DNA of 64,000 nucleotides from the human T2T-CHM13v2.0 reference genome, Homo sapiens: NCBI RefSeq assembly GCF_009914755.1, contig NC_060938.1; one strand, 5' to 3'. Shown piece by piece: positions 47,928 to 64,000 of this stretch (position 1 is its first letter; each line of letters starts with the position of its first letter). The notes under the pieces were generated by a model. It saw only the letters and a program-made list of their open reading frames with translations, ran no database searches and was not told where the DNA came from. The position numbers and the translations under genes were made by a program.

Positions 47928-49363
47928 GTGAGGAGGGCACCAGGCCCGCAGGACCCTTGGGGAGGGGCAGGTGCTGTGACCCGGGAACCTGGCACACTGG
48001 GCCCAGAGGGAGCTGGCGGAGGGAGCGAGCGCCCAGGGGATGCAGAGAGGCCTGGCACTGAGCCTAGTGTCGGGAGCAAGGCGGCAGAGTCATGCGGCAG
48101 CCAGCGCGGGCAGGGACGCACGCGGGAATCGAGCTGGGGTGGCGCCACCGGAGCAGGAAGGGGACAGGTCGGTGCGGTCTAAGCTACTCCGTAAAAGCAG
48201 CCGTTGTGTGTCTCCGTGTGTGTGTTAGGGGAACAAGTGGAGAGTGAGTATATGTATATATCCCTCACTCCATACCAGGAGGAGGTCTCCTCACCCCCTG
48301 CGCTCTTCATAAATTCCCATGCTAGGGTCTGGGTAAAGCTGCGAGGTACTTTTGGTGCTCAAATTCGGAGTTCCTCCTTTAGAGGCAAGATTACTCACCT
48401 CCTTTGCCAGTTGCACTCCTCCCTTCCTTCCAGACTGGCAGTATGATTAACTCGGTGGGAAGTGACTGCTAAGTGGAGACGGAAATCAGTCACCGAACTG
48501 AGCAACAGTCCTGTGCTCACTTCCCCCACCCCACGCCTTTGAAAACTCTTCTCTCGGCTTGGGTCCTGGATATCCCAGTCCAAGTGACCTGCATTAGGCA
48601 TCACAGTTGCTTTTGGATGCCCAGGGAGCCAGGGTGTTCTTGAGGGGACTGATAGCCAATGAGGAAGTGCTGTGAGATGTGGCTAGACATGCCATGTGGC
48701 GGCAGCTTCACACATTCATTTCCTTTGCACCTTTTGGGGATGCCATTTGATTAACATTTTACCAGCTTAATTGCTTCTCTCCATTGTCCTGTGGCTCCGT
48801 TGACCAGCCCCCAACCTACCTGATCCAACTGCTTCCCTGAGGGTAGCCTGGTGTATTGTGCAATCATGTCTGGTTTCCCGGGCTCTGCTTTCCAAGTAAA
48901 AAATTTCCTGTGAAAGCTTGGTTAGTTGTGTTCAGCTCTGTCACACCTCATTGCCACCTCTGAAAGCAACGTTTGGTCTTCCCAGATGGATGTGAGAGAA
49001 CTGGACTTGGAACTGGGAGAAAAGTAACACGGGTTGATTCTTGCTAGTGTAGGGGTTCTGGGTAAGTGCCCTGAGGTTTCTGAAGAGCAAAGATCCTCGG
49101 TGGAGAGAAAGGAAACTGGGAGGAGGCAGGGAGGGGGAAGGACAGGAAGAAGACCACAGGCAGGTGGAAAGCAGGAGAAAGATTCAAATACTTTGTGTAA
49201 CAGAGCCATAGGTCTTTGGAAGTTGTTAGCAAGTATTCAATTCATTTTCAGATTGAGCCTATAAGATAGATGGGGCCAATTTACATCCCTTGTTTATACC
49301 TGAGAAAATAATTTAAAGCACAAATTACATGCCTAAAAAGACAATATTGGGACTAGAATCTAG

Positions 49364-49742
<379 letters not shown>

Positions 49743-49802
49743 TAAACCTGGTTTTAAAATCAAAATTACATGGGCTTCAGAATCTGTTTTTTGTGGGGGT
49801 TT

Positions 49803-49826
49803 TGTGTGTGTGTGTGTGTGTGTTTT
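49803..49826. repeat. (TG)n microsatellite next to a small Alu fragment.
   Basis: tgtgtgtgtgtgtgtgtgtg. Confidence 0.85.
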
Positions 49827-50682
49827 TTATAGGGTCTCACTCTGTCACCAGGCTGGAGTGCCAGAATCTGTTTTTCTAACAAGCTTCTGCTGAGAATTTG
49901 TGTAGTCAGTCCTGGTTTAACCTTTGACAACCAGTACTGTGGACTGGGTCTGCTTTTTTGTACAGCAGTTTATCTAGTTTTTTGTCTGGAATTAACCCCC
50001 TTGTGATCCAGGGAGCTAAGAATGGCACGTAGACCTCTACCAGGGGTGGTCCCATTGTGTTTTATTGGTTAAAACAAAAAAGAAATGTAGCCCTTAAGTC
50101 TTTGGCTGAGGAAGGAACTGGAGGAATGAGGGTTCAAAAGGAAATTTGAGTTTATCTCTGCCTTCATAGTAGTTGGTCTTAATTACATTTTGAATGTCTT
50201 TGGGGAACAGGTAAGGTAATAAGGGGGATTTTACTAGGTGGGCACCACCCTCAGGAAGGGCTTAATCCCATTTTGAGTACTCTTCTTGGGCTCCCTCCTG
50301 GCCAAGCCCTTTTACCCTCCCTAATTTGATTATTTCCTTGCACTTCCCCGTACACTCTGGCCCCTTCCTCTCTAAACCTTTGTCATAAGGATAAGTATGC
50401 AGCTTGCCAGTGTTCAGTGGATCCAACACTGGAGTTGGGCCTGTTAGTAGAAACAGGCTTTATTAACTTTTGCCAGGCTCTAGAATGGAGGTAGTTTCAT
50501 ATCAGACTTGTAGTGGGCTTGATTCAGAAAGAAGGGTGGCTGAGTAGATGGAAGAGCATAGTATGGCCTTTCCCTCTGTGCCAGCTTCTCCGTCCCTGCT
50601 GCCTCAGTATACCTGCCAGCCTTTTTGCACCGAAGGTCATTTGTCTGTGATGCCCTTGGAATGGGAGCAGAATTCACCTTGA

Positions 50683-50958
<276 letters not shown>

Positions 50959-51883
50959 TGACCTAGCATTTCACTGAAGACAAATGTTGTAAGAGAGGAG
51001 AAAAGCCCACCATGAGTCAGAGTGACTTTAGGAGATGCCTCTAGCAGACATCCCATAAGAGACAGGACATGTGTGTGTCAGTGGACTGAGGCTAAGACTC
51101 AGAAGAGGGCCAGGTGACAGGGGCCAAGTAAAGGGCAAGGGTTGTTTATTTGGTTTACGTAATTTCTCAAATAACTAACTTCTGTTGGTTTATTTATTAA
51201 TTTTTAAGATTTCTATCTTCTTTTCCCTGGAGAGTTAAGAATTTTTTTTTAAGACCTGTCAGCAGGAAAAGACCTTTAATAGCTATTTTTTTAAACTCTT
51301 TAACACAAGACTGGAAGAGCAGAGGGAGAAGGTGAGGGAAATATTAACAGAGGGTGTGTGAAGGGCATACTTCTCTAAGGGAGATAGTAGTGACGCTGGC
51401 TCCACTGGCCACTCCTACCCCCAGTGAGAAGGGCACTGCATTAAATGATAAGTGGGTTAGTTTTTTTAAGCTTATCAACATGTTTATTTTTTATACTCCA
51501 CTTGGGTTTCCTTTGTCAACTTTATTACTGTTTTTGTTTTGTTTTTTTGCATAAGCTCCTCTATCTTTGAGAATTTCTCAGCTCTTCCTCTTGGTTCTAG
51601 TCCCTCTCCCATTCCCTAAGGGATAGGTTGGCCGTCTATTAGAAGTGACTGCCAGATAAAAGAAATGGTAATAATGGCTGTTATGTCTGTGGGGAGTTAT
51701 CTTTGCACTCCCACGCACCCCTCCGTGGGCATGTGTTCCCATAGGACTGTTCCGTGGGTCATAAGGAAAGAGACACTTGCATGCGTTCAAATTCTTTCCC
51801 CCTTGTTCAGTAGCCTCTTCTTTAAGAAGCCAGAGTAAGTATACTATGAGCTTGCTTGCTGGACTGAGGAGGCAGGTAATTAA

Positions 51884-52255
<372 letters not shown>

Positions 52256-52257
52256 TA

Positions 52258-52545
52258 TTTTTAATTTTAATTTTTATAGATTTACAGGGGTACAATGCAG
52301 TTTTGTTATATGGATATACTGCGTGGTGGTGACGTCTGTGCTTTAGTGTAACCATCACCTGAGCAGTGAACATTGTACTTATTAGGTAATTTCTCATCCC
52401 TCATCCCCATCCCACTTTCTCACCTTTCCGAGTCCCCAGTGTCTATTATTTCACTCTGTAGGTCCATATGTACACATTTGGTTCCCACTTATAAGTGAGA
52501 ACATGTAGTATTTAATCTTCCATTTCTGAGTATCTACTTTTTTTG
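52258..52545 (+). mobile_element. L1 fragment (PNP intron 2).
   Basis: …GGTTCCCACTTATAAGTGAGAACATGTAGTATTTAATCTTCCATTTCTGAG…. Confidence 0.6.
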
Positions 52546-52796
52546 CTCACTTTTTACTCTCTGGCAGTATGGCTTGTATTATCTTGAAATTTCTTTAAAA
52601 AGCCCTTCCTTCTTTGTGTGTTCATGCTGAACATGCTGAACGCACCCCATATCTCTAATCTTGGGTTGTATTTGTATAATTATTAGTAATGCCTGGCTCT
52701 CTCACCAGACTTAAACTTTCTGAAAGCAGAGATAATAATGAGTCTTTTACTTAATTACAACCTAACATTTTGAGCAGAGCGAGTAACTCACAGTAG

Positions 52797-53021
<225 letters not shown>

Positions 53022-53137
53022 TAGCCTCTTTCACTACCTAGCTATCTGGGCTAGGTGGATTTTTGGTCCTCTCCTTCCTTTTCTTTCACGATGTATGTCA
53101 TGCATTTCAGTGTAGCTGAATTAATGAAATTTTGTAA

Positions 53138-53428
<291 letters not shown>

Positions 53429-53436
53429 TGAGATAA

Positions 53437-53718
<282 letters not shown>

Positions 53719-53877
53719 TAACAGGCCTCATTGGACTGAGAGGATCTGATTTCAGGGAAGGGTGAATTAAACTGACTTATTGAAATACAAACTGGTGAGA
53801 TTTGGTGTAGCATCAAATCTCCCTACGAAGCACCAAGGGGTTAACAGCTGCAGTGCTAATGAATGATCTATCCATGA

Positions 53878-54194
<317 letters not shown>

Positions 54195-54379
54195 TAAGAA
54201 TTCTAAAAAATTCACTATAGCCACCTTCTGTACCTCTAGCTGGAAGATGGAACTCTATCATTAGGATTGAGTTCAAAATTGCCACAAATATAGAAATGAA
54301 GGATTGTATTGGTAATTTTAAGAAATGTGTATTTATTTTAGGCAATACAGAAGATAATTTAGCTGCTTCTTTGGATTTG

Positions 54380-54993
<614 letters not shown>

Positions 54994-55459
54994 CCTGCCT
55001 TGGAGTCGTCTGGCATCTCCCACACAAGACCCAAGTAGCTGCTACCTTCTTTGGCCCCTTGCTGGAGTCATGTGCCTCTGTCCTTAGGTTGTAGCAGAAA
55101 GGAAAAGATTCCTGTCCTTCACCTTTCCCACTTTCTTCTACCAGACCCTTCTGGTGCCAGATCCTCTTCTCAAAGCTGGGATTACAGGTGTGAGCATAGT
55201 GAGACCTTGGCGCTACAAAATAAAGCTGTTCTCATTCCTGTTCTTTCTTACACAAGAGCTGGAGCCCGTGCCCTACCACACATCTGTGGAGATGCCCAGG
55301 ATTTGACTCGGGCCTTAGAACTTTGCATAGCAGCTGCTACTAGCTCTTTGAGATAATACATTCCGAGGGGCTCAGTTCTGCCTTATCTAAATCACCAGAG
55401 ACCAAACAAGGACTAATCCAATACCTCTTGGATTTTATTTAATGTCATAATGTTGTCAG

Positions 55460-55465
55460 AATAAA
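55460..55465 (+). terminator. PNP: Probable PNP polyadenylation signal AATAAA (3'UTR about 470 nt). An alternative AATAAA lies at 55219-55224.
   Basis: cagAATAAAgagaaag. The 3'UTR length is consistent with a transcript of about 1.45 kb. Confidence 0.45.
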
Positions 55466-56420
55466 GAGAAAGATGAAATAATTTCATTTTTTTGTGTAAC
55501 TTGGTATGGGGCTGGGGCACAGACCAAGATTGACATGAAAGGATGTGAGATCGCATGTCTTGTGTGACTATCTGCTTCTCAGACAAGCAGTTAGGAACTG
55601 AGATGAGATAGTATGTGAGGGCAGCAAAGGATGAAGAAGGGCAAAATGATGAAAGGTGAGGTGGAAAGAGGTTATGAGATGGTAAAGAAAAGTTAACTTC
55701 TGGCACTTGATTGCCACTTCCGTCAGGCTGGTCCTGCCTCTCTCCCTTGCCTTCTGATTGTTTCATTTCCTGTTTATTTGATCATATCTGAATTAGTTCA
55801 CTGGTTAGCCTCTTCCTTAGTTCCCACTTCCTTACCAAAGCCCTAATTATATTTCCTCTTGTTTGCCTTTTCTCTCCTACTCTTCTCTAACATCTGCAGC
55901 CACACTCTCCATTCACTCCATGCTGACAAGGCAGTGGCAAACACTTTTCTCTGCTGCCAGCCACTCCACTGTTGACTGGATTGCTGCCAGCCCCAGGCAA
56001 ACCTGTGAAGTTGTTTCATACTCTGCTTCTCTTTGAGTGCCTCCTTCTCTCCTTCCTCTTCCTTTCTGGGCTCCAGTCTTTCTCTTCACTTGTGCTTGTC
56101 AGAACCTCCCTGTGATACTGCCTCCAGGCATTTCCCCCATGTTGGCTCACCGCACTATTATCTTTGCTTATCAACTTGCATTCAGCTGGCTGGCATGTTT
56201 CAAAACCACACTGCCCTCCCAGGCCTGTGTGCCTTTTGAGAAAGACCAGTGCTGGATGAGCCTCTAGTAATGACAACATTTTAGTTGTTAGTGGTATAAT
56301 ACGGAAGAGATATTTTGCACAGGCTGCTTTGGAGAACTTTCAAATTATCCTTTGTTTGGTAACTGACCTACTTAACTGCCCAACACAAAGAAAAAGCATC
56401 TTGGAGTGGCTCTGTCTCCT

Positions 56421-56727
56421 TTTTTTTTTTTTTTTTTTTTTTTTTGATACAGGGTCTCACTGTCACCCAGGCTGCAGTGCAGTGCTGTGATCTCAGTTCA
56501 CTGCAACCTCCGTCTCTCAGGCTAAAGTGATCCTCTCACCTCAGCCTCCAGAGTAGCTGGGACCACAGGTGTATGCAACCACACCTGGCTAATTTTTGTA
56601 TTTTTTAGTAGAAATGGAGTTTCATCATGTTACTGAGGCTGGTCTCGAACTCCTGGCTTCAAGCAATCCTCCTGCTTCAGCCTACCAAGGTGCTAGGATT
56701 ACAGGAGTAAGCCATCGTGCCTGGCCT
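56421..56727 (-). mobile_element. Alu SINE with a long poly-T.
   Basis: Alu consensus in minus orientation. Confidence 0.85.
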
Positions 56728-58370
56728 TGCCCTACAATCTTAAGATTCATTTACAAAGCCACTGTTGTATAAAGCTTGTACAAAATGAGTACAAGTCACA
56801 CGTGGGAGCTCAAAGGAGGGATTGATTGTATACACCGAACAGTGTGAATTGGGTAGATTAGGGAAAGCTTTTTTTCCTTTTTTTCTTTTGCTTAAAGTGA
56901 TGGATACTTAATATTAGGTAAAGTTTTATAGAAAACTTTGAGCCTAGTCTTGAAGGATGAAGCAGGGGAAGAGGATTTCACATCAGGATGAGGCAAAGCA
57001 GAGCTGCAAAAAGTACTAGGCATGTTCGTGAGTCGTTGTCACAACTGGTGGGACTAGATCAGGACATGGAAGGCTCCGGTGAGACAGGCAGAAAGGTAAT
57101 TGGTTTGAGGAGGGCTGCATTTGGCACTTGGCTTTCCTACCCCCAGTCTCCCTCTTGGTCAGATTGACCAGGAATCACAATGGGGCCATCTGAAAAATAT
57201 GTCCTAGAGATACTTGAGTGGAATATTTAAGAGTGGAATATGTAAGCTTTTTAGACTTAGTAAGTAGATTTACTAAATTCATATTTATTTATATGAAGAC
57301 ATAATGTCTTCAGTTTCTTTTTTAAAAAACAGCTGTATTGAGATAAAATTTACGTACCATAGAATTCACCCATTTAAGGTGTGTGATTCAATGGTCTTTA
57401 GTGTATTCACAAATAAGTGCAATTATTGCCAGTTAATCTGAGATCATTTCATCACTTCAAAGGGAAACGTTATCTGCTCCCCCATAGCCCCAAACAGCCA
57501 TTGATCTACCTTCTGTGCCTATAGATTTAACTATGTTGGACTTTCACACAAATGGAATTGGACTTTTGTGGCTGGCTTCTTTCACTTAGCATAATGTTTT
57601 CAAGATGCATCCAAGTTGTAGCATGTATCAGTACTTAATTCTTTTTTGAGGCCAAATAATATTCTATTGCATGGATACACCACATTTTGTTGATCGAGTG
57701 TCTGATTTTAAAAAGCCAACCAGTCCAGCCAAAACCGAACGTATCAGTTTAGGATTGTAGGATACGAGCACAAAGTGAAGGGAAGTAGGTGTGGGAGGGC
57801 TTTCCAGAGAAAAGACATTCTTGAAAAAAACTGGCGATGATACCATTCATTTCTGGAGGGGCCTGCAGAATGCCTGCAAAATAGATTGATTTTACTGAGT
57901 CTCATGGTAGGTGTCCAAACACATTGAAGTCAGGCTTGCTTTCTTGACCCTATCATGACCATCTTTATTAGCATCAATAAATATTCATTAATCATGTATT
58001 ATGTAGAGAACATTGTCCTAAAAACCAAAATGTAAGTTGGTATAAGATGAAGTGTCTACAGTCTAGATGTGAGACAAGATGTATGCATAAAAAGAAATAA
58101 CTAGGCTGAGTTATTTGAGCCCTTTATAGCTGCTAAAGACTTTTACTAATCTCTTCATATGTTATATTGTCATTGTTTAGAATCAGCTTTTTCGACTGAA
58201 CTGAGGAAGAGGGCCTAATTTTTTACAAAAGGAGTACAGTAATGTGTGAAAAGTAGCGTATGCTAAGTGTCAATGATGGTATGTGCTACAGGAATTGAGA
58301 GAAGAGGACCATCACCGGAGCTGGGGAGTAGGAAAGGATTGATGAGACATTATTTAGGCCTTACAGAAAT

Positions 58371-58525
58371 GCCAGGCACAGTGGCTCATGCCTATAATCA
58401 CACATACTAGGTGGGAGATTCACTTGAACGCAGGAGTTTGAAGCTGCAGTGGGCTTTATGATTGCGGAACTGCACTCTAGCCTAAGTGAGAGAGTAAGAC
58501 TCCATCTTTGAAAAAAAAAAAAGAT
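58371..58525 (+). mobile_element. Alu monomer-like fragment with poly-A.
   Basis: GCCAGGCACAGTGGCTCATGCCTATAATCACACATACTAGGTGGGAG…. Confidence 0.55.
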
Positions 58526-58680
58526 AGGTGAAGAGGACATGGCAGAAGCCATTACATACAGATGAATCCAGGAATGTTTAATCATTGAACAAACTGAAAT
58601 GCTTAAAGTGAAGAAATAAATGGGAAGATGGGCAGCAAGCTGGAGAGGAGCTCTGATTCCAGGCTCAAGAGTAGGACCTT

Positions 58681-58995
<315 letters not shown>

Positions 58996-59240
58996 AAGAG
59001 TAAGACCTTATTTTCTAGGCAAGATGGCCAGCCATTGACAGTTTTTAAACGAAGGACTGGTAGATAAAAATTGCACTGTAGTATTTTGGTGGCTAGAAGC
59101 CTGACTAAAAGAGAGGCTTGTTTTGATAGTAGAATTACTTTCACCCAAAATTAACTGTACAGAATAGCACAATGGTTGGTGTTAAGTATTTAATTTTTAG
59201 TCAGGTTGGGGTCTTCTGTAGTGTTTTAAAGAATAAATTA

Positions 59241-59518
<278 letters not shown>

Positions 59519-59548
<30 letters not shown>
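59519..59548. repeat. (CA)n microsatellite seeded at the Alu tail.
   Basis: cacacacacacacacacacacacacaca. Confidence 0.9.
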
Positions 59549-59553
<5 letters not shown>

Positions 59554-61885
59554 AATAAGCTGTTATAAAATAGAATGTAGAGGCAAAAGTGCAAACAACT
59601 TAGAGATGAAAATATACACTTAAGTCAATAGTTTCCCCTTCTTTTTAATATAAAATTGTGAATAGGTATATAATCACATAGTTCAAAAATTAAGCAACAT
59701 AAAATGTGTATAGTGAGAACTCTCACCCCTATCCTGTCCTCATATGCCCTTCCTTCCCCACCCACTGGTGACCACTGTTATTAGTTTCTTTTGCATTCTT
59801 CCAGGATCTATACAAATATAAACAAATACAAATTCTATTTTTCTTCTCTTATTATAAACAGCAGTTAGTATGTTATATATACTTTCTGTATCTTGCTATT
59901 TTATTTTAACATATCTTGGAGATCTTTTCACATCAATGAATTAGTGTGCCTTCTTGATGACTTACATCAATGCTGCCAAGGATATATGTCTGTCACCTCC
60001 AGTTTTTTAGAAGCAAAGGGAGAATATGGTCTTAATTTTTTTTGCCACTTCTCAGTTCGTTTGTTGATTACTAATAGGAATAGACACAAAGAGGTAATGC
60101 CACCTGCTGCTCCTTTAAAGCAAGAAGTTGGGAAGAAGAGAGCTATTCATTCTGTGCTGTGCCTTCTGCCTAATTCAATTTGGCTTAGATTTGTGTTGCC
60201 TTTTTTTTCTTGTAAATAGGCCCCTGATTTTCATAATAATGTTTTGTTTCTCAGGGATGCCTTCGAACAAACACTGGTTATCTGCTTGGTTTTTCTGTTA
60301 CTGTAAATTTGGATTTTAATAAAAATAAAATTTTCCTGTCTTTAATCATTTTGTCTAATTTTTAGTTTTGGCTTAAATTAGATGTGATATTCTTTTGGAT
60401 TAATCTGAATTTGCTCTGTTGTTTTCGGGTCAAAGAACCCCTACCCCTCCATCGGGCTTTTACTTTCACGTCCATTCTGAGTTTGTTTGTTCATTGTAGA
60501 AAGCTTTTACTTTGTCTCACTTGCCAATCTTTTTTTTTTTCTTGTTCTCTTCTTCTTTTTGCTGTTACTCTTTTTAAAACACCATTTCACTTGTTAGCTA
60601 CTTGACTTTGGCCTTGGTTTTCCCTTTTCCTCTTTATTTTGAACTGTTTCTATCTGAGCTCCTGTTGTAATTTATAATAAAAAGTTAGTAGAATATAGTA
60701 CTTCTCTTGTGTAGCCTGACCTGATCTAGTTCTATCAACTGTTCTTTTACCAATCAGAGGTTGTTTAAGATCAATTCCAGTTCACAGTATTAATCTTTAT
60801 TATTACCTGCTTGTGTCGTCTCCCCCAAAATAATAATACATAGCTACCACCATTGTCACTGTTCCACTAATGTCATCAAAGTATGAAAATTATTTAATTG
60901 CAGTAAGGGATAAGTAGTTGTTTTTCATACGGTTGTTTTCGCAGTGGGAAAGCTCTCACTCTGGACATCATAGATAAGATGTTACGGAGTCAGTAAAGTC
61001 CCTGAAAAGCAAAACTGAGTCATGCCTGAAATTTTTTAGGCAGGTGATGGACATTAGATTTCCTTGGATGCTTACTTTGCCAATTTCCTCTCCCCGTCAC
61101 AAATAGAAACTACTAGTATTAAAAAAGACAGAATTATGGTAAGAGTAATTTTGGATATTTTCTGTCACTCTGCCATTCTTTATGGCTGTGCAGCTTCTTA
61201 ACTATTTTTTATCTACTGACTCTTCACTTCAGGATACACCCTATGGCTGTTAGCTGGTCTGTCAAAGATCCAGGAAACTGATCCCTGCTTCAGTTCCACA
61301 ATACCGAGTTCAGGAATGTTCTCAGACCAGGATATACTGTCTGAGAGAGATGCCTTAGAGAACCAAACTGTTCTCTAAGACCGGGCAATAGTGCTGTCAT
61401 TATATAACCCTTACACACATGAGATACCTCTGCCCAAGGAGGGGCTCTAGGCAGATTCACACTTGTTTATGAGCACAGATAGGCTGGACCAAGAGAGACT
61501 AAATTTCTGCAGAGTCTTCTCACCCATTTAGGAGTTTTCAGTAATAACGCACACACTTTTAGTGAAGATGTTGGAGTGAAGATATGCTTCTGTCTGAATT
61601 GGAAAATGTGTTCACTTTTTTGACTGAGCTGAATTTATGCTGTGCTCTTTGGATAAATAACCTTGTTTGATTTATTCAAGTGACATTGTGTCAGGTCTTG
61701 CTATCAATCTGCACCTAGTATTGACATTTGTAAATGTAATGGCCATTCAGTTTCTAGATAACCATAACATTTACTTGACAACTCTGTATTGCGCTTACGC
61801 TCATTCATTTTTTTTTCTGCATTTGCTTTGAACTTTGTCCTTTTGATAATCAGATGTATTAAGCCTCATATAGAAATGCCAGGAT

Positions 61886-61908
61886 GTGTGTGTGTGTGTG
61901 TGTGTGCA
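61886..61908. repeat. (GT)n microsatellite.
   Basis: gtgtgtgtgtgtgtgtgtgtg. Confidence 0.85.
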
Positions 61909-62239
61909 TATACATCTGCAAACATATGTGTACATATATACATGTATGCAAAATCCAAAATTGACAACTTATAAACTGTCATCTGCCCATGCAAACTTGA
62001 AGAAGCTGAGCTTTTCAGCTTTTCAATATCCCAGACAGGGCACCTATCAAGTGTATCTTTCTAGGCTGCTGAACAAGAAGAGATGAACACATGAGAAGGA
62101 TATGTTTATTTACTTACTCAACAAACGTTCTAGGGGTTAGGGATATGGAGAAGAACAAGACAATGTTTCTGCCTTCATGGTATTTACATTAAATTAGGGG
62201 AGTGCGACAACCAATAAACAGAAATGTTTTTAAAAACCT

Positions 62240-63345
<1,106 letters not shown>

Positions 63346-63386
63346 AAGGCTGTTCTGTTTGTTTGTTTGGTTGGTTGGTTGGTTTT

Positions 63387-63672
<286 letters not shown>

Positions 63673-64000
63673 AAGGCAGTTTTTTTTAAAAAAAAAGTGA
63701 TAAAAGGGTGAGTGATTTCAAATAGGTTGGTTCAGGGAAGGCCTCTCCAAGGAGCTGTCAGTTGAGCAGAGACCTGAGTAAATGAGGGCGTGAATGATGC
63801 AGTGATTAGAGATGAGTGTGCAAGCAAACATACAAGTTCTTAGGGAACTTAACAATTTAGCAGTAACAGAAGGCCAGTGCTATTAGAGTAGACTGAACAA
63901 GGGGAATGGTGATGGTAGATAAGGCTGGAGATGAAGGCAGGTGTTGTAGGTCATGATAAGTTTAGGTTTTATTTTGAGCATGAAAGAAGGTCACTGAAAT

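Noticed and set aside
47802-48182. 126-aa plus ORF and the antisense 106-aa ORF over the PNP 5' end.
   Set aside because: Read-through of PNP exon 1 into the CpG-rich intron 1. Gly/Arg-rich low-complexity translation. The real exon 1 is only 11 coding nt.
55219-55224. Proximal AATAAA in the PNP 3'UTR as the main poly-A signal.
   Set aside because: It would give a 3'UTR of about 230 nt. The distal signal at 55460 fits the known transcript size of about 1.45 kb better. Kept only as a possible alternative site.

Overview
This window reads as human-type genomic DNA, with about 45 Alu copies plus L1, MaLR/THE1-like and SVA fragments. It looks like the chr14q11.2 housekeeping cluster. In order along the window: KLHL33 on the minus strand (coding exons at 7.2-9.1 kb and 13.5-14.2 kb); an intron-containing but decayed SLC12A3-like (Na-Cl cotransporter family) pseudogene on the plus strand (about 16.1-21.3 kb); OSGEP on the minus strand (11 coding exons, 25.6-33.1 kb); APEX1 on the plus strand (4 coding exons, 34.0-35.9 kb), sharing a CpG-island bidirectional promoter with OSGEP; PIP4P1/TMEM55B on the minus strand (7 coding exons, 36.95-39.72 kb), ending tail-to-tail with APEX1; and PNP on the plus strand (6 coding exons, 47.9-55.0 kb). 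Exon boundaries for OSGEP, APEX1, PIP4P1 and PNP were derived by hand from GT-AG junctions. The reconstructed CDS lengths are 335, 318, 277 and 289 codons, which match the known proteins. The KLHL33 model is 797 codons (the full BTB-BACK-Kelch region) and is less certain at its 5' end. No prokaryotic-style system such as a CRISPR array or operon is present. The most unusual element is the SLC12A3-like remnant between KLHL33 and OSGEP. It keeps intron-like GT-AG boundaries at homologous coding junctions, but it has lost many exons and carries frameshifts, stop codons, an internal duplication and an SVA insertion. That pattern suggests a unitary or duplicated non-processed pseudogene. The provided ORF track clearly accepts GTG and TTG starts, and most of its ORFs are Alu-, L1- or CpG-island-derived artefacts.
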